A stretch of DNA of 57,541 bases from Fidelibacterota bacterium (GTDB taxonomy: Bacteria; Fidelibacterota; Marinisomatia; Marinisomatales; JACNKV01), in contig JACNKV010000075.1 of assembly GCA_014381855.1 (NCBI GenBank), forward strand, positions 1 through 57,541, read 5' to 3'. Each line of letters starts with the position of its first letter. Positions within the stretch are counted from its first letter, which is position 1. The translations under genes and the position numbers were made by a program. The notes under the pieces are model-generated. The model was not told the DNA's origin and searched no databases. It was given only the letters and a program-made list of their open reading frames with translations. Below, one piece after another: positions 17,281 to 26,689 of this stretch.

Positions 17281-19548
17281 ATGAAATACATACAAAAAAT
17301 ATCCTTAATTATATTATTCATCTTGTCGTATACATTCTGCAACACCGAAATATCCGGGATTGTAAGAGACGAACACAATAATCGACTGCTTGAGGGATGC
17401 AATATTACCCTGGAGGGTACGAAAATTGGTGTCACCACAAATCAATCCGGACACTATTGTTTCAACGATGTCGAACCGGGGATGTATACTCTTTGTGCAG
17501 AGTATATCGGTTACATAACCACCGTAGAAACTATTCAGGTAAATATAGACCAAACTTTGAATATTGACTTCTGCCTATCTCCTACTGTAATCAAAGGAAA
17601 TGAAGTGGTGGTCACTGCAACAAGAACAGAGCATAGATTAGTGGATATCCCCGGAAGAATAGATGTGGTTACACACGCTGAGTTAAATAGTCTGCCTACC
17701 CAAAATCTAGATGACATTCTAAAATACTTATCGGGTCTTAATGTCCATCGAACTTCAGGGATATTTGAGATCAGACCGGTTGTAAGTTTGCGCGGAGTTT
17801 CAGGAGATGAACCGGGAAGAACTTTGGTGTTAGTCAACAGCACTCCAATTAATAAATCTGATACTGGAGTGGCAAACTGGAACAGAATCAATGTAGCAAA
17901 TATAAAACAAATTGAAATCTTCAAAGGCGCCGGTTCATCTCTGTACGGGAATAACGCCATGGGAGGAGTGATAAATATTATCACTCAAACTCCAGATGAC
18001 AATTTTAGCGGAAAGGCTCATGCTTCATACGGAACCTATAATACATTGAGTGGAAACCAATATATTTCAGGCCGGAAGAATGCTTATTATTATAATTTTG
18101 GTTGGTTCACACGCAAAAGCGATGGGTATTATGACCTTCCTGATAGTTTACAGGATGACTATTCAGTCCCGCTATTTCTAGATGAAAAAGGGATATCAAC
18201 TACAGTAGGATTTAATTTTACTCCTAATAATACTTTTGAAATCATTTATGATTATTACGACGATAAACGAGGTGAAGGTGTAAAAATCGAAGAAAAAGAC
18301 GGAAAGCATCGCAGCTTCGATACAAATATGTTACAAGTAAAATTAACTGGGAAAAATAAAAAGTCCAGATACGAAATAAACGGATTTTATCAACATGAGA
18401 ATTATTTAAGAGTAAGTGAAGATTTTAAAAATGGCTCATATTATAAATTTGATGTCGCTTCAAACCGAATTGATAGAGGGGTGTTATTTAATTATACTCG
18501 TGATATAGGTAGCTATCATTTAATCACTGTTGGCTCAGAATTGAAATCCGGGAGTGTCGATGGTGGTGATTATTATGCCACGCCTGACACCACCCCGCGT
18601 GATACGGTTTTAAATCGTGGTAAAATGCAATTCAGAACATTATATCTGCAGGATGAGTTCAATCTTTTTGGCAACAAACTGCGGTTTGTTGCCGGAATCC
18701 GATATGATAATGTAAAATTCCATCAGGGATATTTCCATGCCAACCTGGAATCAAATCCTTTCTATTCTTACAATGGTCATCTTGATGAAAATGAGTGGAA
18801 TGCAATGAGTCCAAGAGTAGCCGTGAAATATCATTTTGGAAACCAAATGAGTGGTTATCTTTCTTACTCTCAAGGTTTCCGTGCTTCGATACTTGACGAT
18901 TTATGTCGTTCGGGGTGGATGCGGCTTGGACCGAAAGAAGCCAATCCAGACCTAGGTCCCGAAACAATAGACAGTTATGAACTTGGGTTAGATTATTCAC
19001 CGACTTCAAATGTAAAAATATCCCCTTCATTCTATTTTTCGAAAGGACACGATTTTCTATATTTTGTTGCTACCGGTGATTCACTTTGGGGTAGAAAGCC
19101 CATCTACAGAAGAGAAAATATAACCGGAGTTGATATTTATGGTGCTGAAATCGATTTTACATTCAGACCAAATCATAATATTTCGCTTCATGGTAATTAT
19201 TCGTATAATCACTCGACAATATTTGAATTTTCTAAAAACCCGGAATTGGAGGAAAACTATTTAGTTTACTCCCCTATTCATCAAGCCAATGCAACAATGC
19301 AGTGGAGGAACAAGTATTTAAACATTAATTTTGGAATTAACTATAAAGATAAACAATTCACTAACGATGATAATTCTGAAGAATTGGCTGCATATTATAC
19401 CATAGATGCCCAGCTGTCAAAAGTACTGTATAAAAAAGTCAACATAGCCATCGATTTTCAGAATATTACAGATATAAGACAGACAGAACATTTAGAAAGG
19501 CTTTCCCCTGGAAGATTAATCAATTTGATGCTATCATACGATTGGTAG
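17281..19548 (+). CDS. TonB-dependent receptor with N-terminal CarboxypepD_reg-like domain
   Basis: Signal peptide MKYIQKISLIILFILSYTFC. Plug domain ('VVVTATRTEH', 'IEIFKGAGSSLYGNNAMGGVINIIT'). Long beta-barrel ending in 'LSYDW'. The tracked GTG 17233 start lies inside the leader RNA structure. Confidence 0.9.
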   Translation: MKYIQKISLIILFILSYTFCNTEISGIVRDEHNNRLLEGCNITLEGTKIGVTTNQSGHYCFNDVEPGMYTLCAEYIGYITTVETIQVNIDQTLNIDFCLSPTVIKGNEVVVTATRTEHRLVDIPGRIDVVTHAELNSLPTQNLDDILKYLSGLNVHRTSGIFEIRPVVSLRGVSGDEPGRTLVLVNSTPINKSDTGVANWNRINVANIKQIEIFKGAGSSLYGNNAMGGVINIITQTPDDNFSGKAHASYGTYNTLSGNQYISGRKNAYYYNFGWFTRKSDGYYDLPDSLQDDYSVPLFLDEKGISTTVGFNFTPNNTFEIIYDYYDDKRGEGVKIEEKDGKHRSFDTNMLQVKLTGKNKKSRYEINGFYQHENYLRVSEDFKNGSYYKFDVASNRIDRGVLFNYTRDIGSYHLITVGSELKSGSVDGGDYYATPDTTPRDTVLNRGKMQFRTLYLQDEFNLFGNKLRFVAGIRYDNVKFHQGYFHANLESNPFYSYNGHLDENEWNAMSPRVAVKYHFGNQMSGYLSYSQGFRASILDDLCRSGWMRLGPKEANPDLGPETIDSYELGLDYSPTSNVKISPSFYFSKGHDFLYFVATGDSLWGRKPIYRRENITGVDIYGAEIDFTFRPNHNISLHGNYSYNHSTIFEFSKNPELEENYLVYSPIHQANATMQWRNKYLNINFGINYKDKQFTNDDNSEELAAYYTIDAQLSKVLYKKVNIAIDFQNITDIRQTEHLERLSPGRLINLMLSYDW

Positions 19549-19559
19549 GAAATTTGTAA

Positions 19560-20141
19560 ATGAGTCTACAAAAATATTTCACAAGAACAATACTGATGGG
19601 AACAATCTGGGGTTTAGTTGAAGTCTTTTTATCCCCAATCATAAAAAGTATTACACCACACTTATTTAGTGTAATCATGCCATCTATTGCAATTGTAATC
19701 ATTTTAATCGGGCGATATTTCGTTCCATATTTTGGTTCAACCATTTCAATGGGAATTATTGCTGCGTTTGTCGAATATATGCTCGGCGGGATGTTACTTG
19801 ACGGCGCATTTATGGCTATCATTTTAGAAGCTGTATTCTGTGAGTTGATTCTGTCAGTTGTTGGTTTCAATTTATGGTCATTTGTATTATCGTGCATTAC
19901 CATCCTTGACTATAGTGTTTTACATCCGTTAATCAAAAAAGGTGTTTCCTGTCAATCCATGCAACATATCTTTGTAAAGAACCTATTACACACATTGTTT
20001 ATTGTTGACAAATCTGTATTAACTGCTGTAGATATCACATTTATACTGTTGGCTTTTCATACTATAATTGGTATGTTTCTAGGCTTTCTGTTTTATTTCT
20101 TATTTCAGAAGATTTCCATAACAGAAAAGGAATTCGCATGA
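19560..20141 (+). CDS. small polytopic membrane protein, unknown family (paralog 1)
   Basis: 193 aa with about 5-6 hydrophobic helices. Shares 'GT.WGL.E..L.S', 'II.LI.R', 'GST' and 'IAA' blocks with the next gene. Confidence 0.7.
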   Translation: MSLQKYFTRTILMGTIWGLVEVFLSPIIKSITPHLFSVIMPSIAIVIILIGRYFVPYFGSTISMGIIAAFVEYMLGGMLLDGAFMAIILEAVFCELILSVVGFNLWSFVLSCITILDYSVLHPLIKKGVSCQSMQHIFVKNLLHTLFIVDKSVLTAVDITFILLAFHTIIGMFLGFLFYFLFQKISITEKEFA

Positions 20142-20713
20142 CCAAAACCTCCATCGCATACACCGCTGTTTTTGGAACACTTTGGGGGTTAGCTGAAGCC
20201 ACGCTTGGTTCGGTAATGCACTTGATAAATCTACCCTTATCCGGATCTGTGCTTTCAACAGTTGGGATGATCATCGTCCTAATCGCCAGAGGAGTCAACC
20301 CCCAACGCGGAAGCACGTTGATGATGGCATTAATTGCAGCCATGATAAAAATAATGAGTTTTGCAACTGTAAAACTTGGCCCTTTTGTCGGGATATTGCT
20401 GGAAGGCGTAATGCTGGAAATGATTCTCACAATATTTTCACCAAATTTTCTGGGATTCATGCTATCTGGGATTATTGTTTCAGTCTATCCGCTCATTCAG
20501 ACGCTCACGGTAAAAACAATTCTATTCGGAGCAGATTTTATTCCGGTTATTCTCGAAATGGCGGAGGGTTTTTCACATCGCATCGGTTTTGGAGCAGGAT
20601 GGTGGATTTTGGGTCTTTATGTGTCCATTCACTTTGTTTTCGGAGTCGGGGGAGCTTTATTTGCATGGCTCATAAAATCGCAACTTAACAAGAAAATAAT
20701 TAATGAATCTTAA
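20138..20713 (+). CDS. small polytopic membrane protein, unknown family (paralog 2)
   Basis: 191 aa. ATGA overlap with paralog 1. Same conserved blocks ('GTLWGLAEATLGS', 'IIVLIARG', 'GSTLMMALIAAM'). Confidence 0.7.
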   Translation: MTKTSIAYTAVFGTLWGLAEATLGSVMHLINLPLSGSVLSTVGMIIVLIARGVNPQRGSTLMMALIAAMIKIMSFATVKLGPFVGILLEGVMLEMILTIFSPNFLGFMLSGIIVSVYPLIQTLTVKTILFGADFIPVILEMAEGFSHRIGFGAGWWILGLYVSIHFVFGVGGALFAWLIKSQLNKKIINES

Positions 20714-21815
20714 ATCCCTAATAACATCGTTGCGGCTTGGGGTCTCTCTGCTCATATTCATCGGAGTCTTTTTCCTGCAAATAAGTCCCGTCGGAATCAC
20801 ATGTCTTATTTTCATTATTGCATGGATATACAATCACAATACGGTACGTCCATTAAAACGAATACCGTTTTGGGTCACCATCGGAATATTGGTGATTGCC
20901 GTTCCGATTTTCACAGGGATTCAAGATAAAACATTCTTAACAATAACGTATAGCAGTGTTCAATTATCAAAAACAATGCTGATGGCATTTAGGGGAATTT
21001 CTGTCTTCCTTCTTTTTCAGGTGATAACAATAAACCTGAACAGCGAAAAAGTTACAGCGCTATTTACAAAACTTGGCTTCAGCAATTTTAATTCTGTTTA
21101 CACTTTATCGAATAAAACCATGCCGCATCTCCGCAGCATTTTGTCTGCACGTGTTACGGAGCTTCGTGTTGAATGGAAGGCTCATCATCAACTCAAAAGT
21201 GTATTCGATTTTATTATTTTAGTATTACGAGATTTAATCCGATTGGCGGAATCTTTGGGGAGCGACACATCCGGCAACGAAAAAATCACACCTTTGGATT
21301 TCATTCAAGCACGCAAGAATGTAAACCCACCTTCATTAACCGTTATTACCGGTGAATCGGGAACGGGGAAATCCAGATGGTTAGCAAGTTTGGTGACTTG
21401 CCTGAACAGTGCCGGTAATAATGTGGACGGAATTATCTCAGAAAAACATCGAATCTCTGACAGCGATTGGCATCATAACCTTCTGCGAATAGAGACAGGA
21501 GAAAAGTGGCAATTAAATACGATGAGCAATTTTGATACGCACATCCATGTCGGCAAGTTTTTCTTTTACCCGGATGTCATCGAATGGGGTTGTAATCAAT
21601 TAATCGAATCCATCGATGCAAACTATCTGATTATTGACGAAATTGGAATTTTAGAATTTAATGGGGAGGGGTTTCTACCGGCGTTAAAAATAATCGATGA
21701 TAACTTTCAAGGATACCTTATCATCACAATTCGTCGTCAATTAATGAATCAACTGGACATATTTTTAAAAAGTCATCTTCCGACAATCAGCAAGTGGAAA
21801 AGAACAACCGTCTGA
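20703..21815 (+). CDS. fusion protein: EcfT/CbiQ-like membrane domain plus THEP1/DUF2478-like P-loop NTPase
   Basis: 370 aa. The N-terminal ~190 aa has 4-5 TM helices and an EcfT-like coupling segment 'LFTKLGF...MPHLRSILSAR'. The C-terminal domain has Walker A 'GESGTGKS' and Walker B 'LIIDEIGILEFNGEGF'. No ABC signature (LSGGQ) is present. 11-nt overlap with the upstream gene. Confidence 0.6.
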   Translation: MNLKSLITSLRLGVSLLIFIGVFFLQISPVGITCLIFIIAWIYNHNTVRPLKRIPFWVTIGILVIAVPIFTGIQDKTFLTITYSSVQLSKTMLMAFRGISVFLLFQVITINLNSEKVTALFTKLGFSNFNSVYTLSNKTMPHLRSILSARVTELRVEWKAHHQLKSVFDFIILVLRDLIRLAESLGSDTSGNEKITPLDFIQARKNVNPPSLTVITGESGTGKSRWLASLVTCLNSAGNNVDGIISEKHRISDSDWHHNLLRIETGEKWQLNTMSNFDTHIHVGKFFFYPDVIEWGCNQLIESIDANYLIIDEIGILEFNGEGFLPALKIIDDNFQGYLIITIRRQLMNQLDIFLKSHLPTISKWKRTTV

Positions 21816-21927
21816 ATTCACCTGCATTTTGGCCGATTTTACATATTACCTCAGGCTAACGGTTTTTAAAAGAATAGTTTCTAGGAGTTCACCGTAGTCA
21901 TTATACTTTATACTTTTAATATTAATA

Positions 21928-23178
21928 TTACAGCTTCCTAAAATCGGTCCCTGTAGGGTTTTGAAATACTTCAAGTTCAAATTCAGGGACTGCTGCAATA
22001 AAATGATCGAACATATCTGACATGATGCCTTCATATGTCACCCATTCCTGGCGATTGCTGAATGTATATATTTCGATTGGAAGACCTTTCTCTGTAGGAA
22101 GCAATTGCCTTACCATGCAGGTCATATTAAGATTAATATCAGGGTTATTTTTCACATAAGCTTCTGCATATACTCTGAAAATACCAATATTAGTTAAATG
22201 TTTTCCGTTTATTAAATAGGATTTATCTATCTTGTTTTCTTGATTGTACTCCTCAATTTCATTGCTTTTTTCTTCAATATAATCTTTTATCAGTTGAAAC
22301 TTTTTAAATCGTTCCAGCATTTCCAGTGTGCAGAATTTTATACTACTGATCTTAATATTTAAAGACCGTTTTATCCTTCTGCCTCCTGATTCTGACATTC
22401 CCCTCCAGTTCTTGAAAGAGTCTGAAATAAATGCATAAGTAGGGATAGTAGTAACAGTTTTATCCCAGTTTTGTATCTTTATGATCGTTAGGTTCATCTC
22501 AATAACATCACCATCTGCGCCATATTTTGGCATGGAGACCCAATCACCTATCCGTATCATATCATTTGCTGAAAGTTGTATGCTTGCCACAAATCCCAAA
22601 ATGGTGTCTTTAAATATCAATAACAAAACTACTGTCATTGCCCCCAAAGCACTAAAAAAGTATAACGGGGATTTATTCAGGAGGAATGATAGAATAATTA
22701 TACCACCTATAATGTAAATGGCGATTTTAACTAACTGGAAATAACTATCTAAGGGATTGTCTTTAAATAATTTTATGTTTTTGGAATAGTACTTGAGCGT
22801 ATTCAGAAAATTGATGATAACAATAATGAAAATAGTGCTGATATAAGCATTCACTAATCTCAAAATATAAGGAATTGCGCCGGCGAAATCCTCAAAAATA
22901 TAAGGAGTAGCCAAATAAATTACAATAGCCGGTGCAATATAAGAGAGTGAAATAATAACTTTATTTTCAATCAGAGCATCATCCCATACGGTTTTAGTTT
23001 TTTTGATTGCTAATCGGATAGAACGGATAAGAATCTTTTTTACAATGAGATTGGTAACATAAGAAATGATAAAAAGAATAAATAATAGAATTACTAATTT
23101 CAAATACATAGTGAAAGTTTCTCCAACTCCAATCCCAATTAGCCAATCTGTAAGCCATACCATCGATTCAGTGTTCAT
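21928..23178 (-). CDS. mechanosensitive ion channel (MscS family)
   Basis: 416 aa with several N-terminal TM helices. MscS beta-domain signature 'IRIGDWVSM..YGADGDVIEMNLTIIKIQNWD'. Confidence 0.85.
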   Translation of the reverse strand: MNTESMVWLTDWLIGIGVGETFTMYLKLVILLFILFIISYVTNLIVKKILIRSIRLAIKKTKTVWDDALIENKVIISLSYIAPAIVIYLATPYIFEDFAGAIPYILRLVNAYISTIFIIVIINFLNTLKYYSKNIKLFKDNPLDSYFQLVKIAIYIIGGIIILSFLLNKSPLYFFSALGAMTVVLLLIFKDTILGFVASIQLSANDMIRIGDWVSMPKYGADGDVIEMNLTIIKIQNWDKTVTTIPTYAFISDSFKNWRGMSESGGRRIKRSLNIKISSIKFCTLEMLERFKKFQLIKDYIEEKSNEIEEYNQENKIDKSYLINGKHLTNIGIFRVYAEAYVKNNPDINLNMTCMVRQLLPTEKGLPIEIYTFSNRQEWVTYEGIMSDMFDHFIAAVPEFELEVFQNPTGTDFRKL

Positions 23179-23211
23179 GCGTTTTTCCTTTCAAATCTTG
23201 GATTCAAGCAC

Positions 23212-23649
23212 TTATAAATCCAGCTTATTAATCCGTCTTTCGTGGCGGTCACCTTCAAACGGGAGTTTCATCCACATATCAATCATCTTAATGGCTTTTT
23301 CAGGGGATACAAATCTCGCTCCAAACGATAAAATATTGGCATTGTTATGCATCCGTGATAATTTCACAATTTCCTCCGGTCCATCATAAAATACGGCTGC
23401 CCTTACACCTTTTACCCGATTTGCCGCCATGGCTTCTCCCTGCCCCGATCCACCAAAAATAAACCCGCGATTCTCCCGACTCCCTGCAACAGCACGCGCT
23501 GCCGGAAGAATAAAATCAGGATAATCATCATCTCCGTCATAAGTAAATGCTCCAAAATCCTGAACCTCATATCCCTCTTTTTCCAGATGGGCTTTCACGG
23601 CTTCTTTCAAATGATATCCTGCGTGATCGGTGGCTAATATTATCTTCAT
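23212..23649 (-). CDS. rpiB: ribose-5-phosphate isomerase B
   Basis: 145 aa. 'MKIILATDHAGYHLKE...' and 'GSGQGEAMAANR' are typical of RpiB/LacAB. Confidence 0.92.
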   Translation of the reverse strand: MKIILATDHAGYHLKEAVKAHLEKEGYEVQDFGAFTYDGDDDYPDFILPAARAVAGSRENRGFIFGGSGQGEAMAANRVKGVRAAVFYDGPEEIVKLSRMHNNANILSFGARFVSPEKAIKMIDMWMKLPFEGDRHERRINKLDL

Positions 23650-23655
23650 CTTTTC

Positions 23656-25695
23656 CTACCTTAAATTGGATAAATGTTGTCTGACTCGATCTATCACTTT
23701 CTCTGCGGTAAATCCAAATTCTTCTGCGAGATCACCTGCCGGAGCCGATGCCCCAAAACGATTCAATCCGATATTGATTCCGTTAAGTCCGGTATATTTC
23801 TCCCAACCGCGGGTAATTCCGGCTTCGATAGACACCGTCAAACATCCGCGCATCGGAATAAGTTCACCTCGATACTCCATCGGTTGTGCATCAAATATTT
23901 CCATAGAAGGCATACTCACGACACGAACTCGTTTATCGGTCATCTTTTCAGCGACGTCCATCGCCAGAGAAACTTCCGAACCGGTAGCAACCATAACAAT
24001 CTCCGGGTTTCCGTCACAATCCAAGACCGAATACGCTCCTTTTCGAACACCGGATTCTATCTTTTCAATGTCAAAAGGAAGGACGGGTAATCCCTGTCTG
24101 CTGAGAAGTAATGCACTTGGCGTGGATTTTGATTCGACGGCCAACTTGAAACACACCGCCGTTTCTTTCGGGTCTGCAGGACGGAATATATACAGATTCG
24201 GGATGGTCCGTAACGCCATGATGTGTTCTACCGGCTGGTGTGTGGGACCGTCTTCTCCGACGTAAAAAGAATCATGAGTAAACTCATAGATTACCGGTAG
24301 TTTTTGCAAAGCGCTCAAGCGGATTGCCGGGCGGACATAATCTGAGAAAACCGCAAAAGTCCCGCCAAATGGGATTGCTCCGCCATGCAGAGCCATTCCA
24401 TTCATAATCGTTCCCATCGGAAATTCCCGCACACCAAAAGCAATATTTCGTCCCTTGCGATTGCTTTTATTAAAGTCACCCCATTTTTTGGCAAACCCTC
24501 CGGTATAATTGGACGGTTCTAAATCTGCGGAACCTCCGACTAAATGGGGAAGCTGTTCTGCAAATTTTTCCAAAACGGTTCCAAATGTTTTTCGGGTTGC
24601 CGATGAAGTCCCATCATCAAAATTGGGATATACCAATTCTTGCGGACCATTCTCCATTACTTGTGCCCATCGTTTTGCAATTACAGCATCTGTCTTTGCC
24701 CAATTAAGTTGGTCTTTCCACCGTCCCACAGATTCTCGAAGTTCACCAAATCGAGTCTGAAAATGGTTGACGGCTTCATCCGGGAGATAAAACTGTTCAG
24801 GAGCAAGACCCATTTTCTCTTTGGTGGCGTCGATCTCATCCTGCGGCATCGGTGAACCGTGTGTATTGTGATCACCTTCCAATCCGGCGGAACCATGAGC
24901 CATGATGGTTTTCCCAATAATAATGCTGGGGCGGTCAATCACTTGGGCTTTTTGGATTGCATCGCGGATTTTTTCATGGTCGTGTCCGTCAATTTCTTGC
25001 ACATGCCAGCCAAACCCGTCAAACACGGTTGCGATATTTGTAGAGTCGGAGCGATTCGTATGCCCGGAAATCTGTTTCTCATTGGAGTCATAGTACAGAA
25101 CAAGTCTGGACAGCCCTAAATGTCCAGCGATTGCAGCCACACCTAAAGCAACCGGCTCCTGCAGATCTCCGTCTCCGGCAATCACATAGGTAAAATGGTC
25201 AATTAAACTTCCCATTTCTCCTGAAAAATCCATTCGGTAACGAAGCATAGATTCGGCTAACGCCATTCCGACTGCCATCCCGACACCCTGTCCCAGCGGA
25301 CCGGTGGTTGCTTCCACGCCAGGAATTTCTACTTCGGGGTGCCCCGGAGTCCGGCTTTGCAGCTGACGAAAGGATTTTAAATCATCAACTCCCAGCCAAC
25401 CGGTGAGCGTTAACAAAGAATATAACAGCATAGACTCATGCCCGGCTGACAGTACAAAACGGTCACGATCTTTCCAATTCGGGTCATCAGGATCGATTTT
25501 TAGGAATTCAGTAAAAAGGATGGTGGCAAAATCGGCGGAACTCATTGCCCCGCCGGTATGACCGGAATTGGCGTTGCGAACACCATCCATGACCAAACCT
25601 TTGATAACATTCACTAAAAATAAGTCTTTGTCCTCAGCGGACCATAATTCAAATTCGGATATGTCTTTATATGTTCTCATGTTTTTTTCACTCAC
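23656..25695 (-). CDS. tkt: transketolase
   Basis: 679 aa. TPP motifs 'SGHTGGAMS' and 'GDGDLQEPV', plus 'THDSFYVGEDGPTHQP'. Confidence 0.95.
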   Translation of the reverse strand: MSEKNMRTYKDISEFELWSAEDKDLFLVNVIKGLVMDGVRNANSGHTGGAMSSADFATILFTEFLKIDPDDPNWKDRDRFVLSAGHESMLLYSLLTLTGWLGVDDLKSFRQLQSRTPGHPEVEIPGVEATTGPLGQGVGMAVGMALAESMLRYRMDFSGEMGSLIDHFTYVIAGDGDLQEPVALGVAAIAGHLGLSRLVLYYDSNEKQISGHTNRSDSTNIATVFDGFGWHVQEIDGHDHEKIRDAIQKAQVIDRPSIIIGKTIMAHGSAGLEGDHNTHGSPMPQDEIDATKEKMGLAPEQFYLPDEAVNHFQTRFGELRESVGRWKDQLNWAKTDAVIAKRWAQVMENGPQELVYPNFDDGTSSATRKTFGTVLEKFAEQLPHLVGGSADLEPSNYTGGFAKKWGDFNKSNRKGRNIAFGVREFPMGTIMNGMALHGGAIPFGGTFAVFSDYVRPAIRLSALQKLPVIYEFTHDSFYVGEDGPTHQPVEHIMALRTIPNLYIFRPADPKETAVCFKLAVESKSTPSALLLSRQGLPVLPFDIEKIESGVRKGAYSVLDCDGNPEIVMVATGSEVSLAMDVAEKMTDKRVRVVSMPSMEIFDAQPMEYRGELIPMRGCLTVSIEAGITRGWEKYTGLNGINIGLNRFGASAPAGDLAEEFGFTAEKVIDRVRQHLSNLR

Positions 25696-25796
25696 TAGCC
25701 ACTAATATCGCGAATAAACACGAAGATGATTATACTCAATGAGACCAAATCGGGCTTCGTCATAATTCGTAATATTCGTTTCTAATGAACAGTATG

Positions 25797-26471
25797 TTAG
25801 TTAGTAATTTTATTAATAAACTGCTGAATGGCTGCCACCGGATCATCCGCTCCGAATACAGCTGAACCTGCCACTAAAATATCTGCTCCGGCATTCGCAA
25901 CTTCTTTCGCATTATCAAGTTTGATTCCGCCGTCAACTTCAATTAGCACGCTGTCCTGAAGACATTGCTCCAATAATCGTTGTCTGATTTCAGCGATACG
26001 CTCCGTTGACCCCGGTAAATACCCTTGTCCGCCAAACCCGGGTTCCACGCTCATCACCAAGATCATGTCTACTTTATCGAAAAAGGGTTCAATAGCGCTT
26101 ACCGGCGTTTTCGGTTTTAGTGATATCCCAACTTGCTTTCCTGTTACCCGAATCAGGTCTATCACGTCATCGGGATTTTCCGCTGCTTCTATGTGAAAAG
26201 TGATTCCATCGGCTCCGGCACGGGCAAAGGGTTCAACCAAATTTTCGGGATTTGTGACCATAAGATGGACATCCAAAAACCGGTTGGTGTGCGGTCGCAA
26301 GGATTTCACCACCAACGGACCGATGGTCAGATTCGGGACAAAATGATTATCCATCACATCGACATGGATGTACTCAGCACCGCCTTTTTCACAAATATTG
26401 AGCGCTGAGCTGAGATTGGAAAAATCCGCAGATAAAATAGACGGGGCGATTATCACTGTTTTATTGCTCAT
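25797..26471 (-). CDS. rpe: ribulose-phosphate 3-epimerase
   Basis: 'IAPSILSADF', 'HVDVMDNHFVPN' and 'MSVEPGFGGQ'. I prefer ATG 26471 (MSNKT...) over the tracked TTG 26483. Confidence 0.93.
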   Translation of the reverse strand: MSNKTVIIAPSILSADFSNLSSALNICEKGGAEYIHVDVMDNHFVPNLTIGPLVVKSLRPHTNRFLDVHLMVTNPENLVEPFARAGADGITFHIEAAENPDDVIDLIRVTGKQVGISLKPKTPVSAIEPFFDKVDMILVMSVEPGFGGQGYLPGSTERIAEIRQRLLEQCLQDSVLIEVDGGIKLDNAKEVANAGADILVAGSAVFGADDPVAAIQQFINKITN

Positions 26472-26689
26472 AACGAAGTACAAGTTTACTTAATCAATCG
26501 GTATCGTTGAAAGAGACTTTATGTCTCTTTGGAATGCACCAGCCGTGTCGGTGTAATGTTAACATGATTAGCATACTCCATATTTCGTTTTTGTGGAAAT
26601 TTACTGTTGTTACTCTTTCAAAGGTGAACTTGTCTTAGCGTCGTGTCAAGTGTGTAGTGTGTAAAGCTGAACCCCCAACACAAAATTAA

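Noticed and set aside
26472-26483. TTG start (MYFV-) for rpe.
   Set aside because: The ATG four codons downstream gives the conserved N-terminus MSNKTVIIAPSILSADF. The extension adds nothing conserved.
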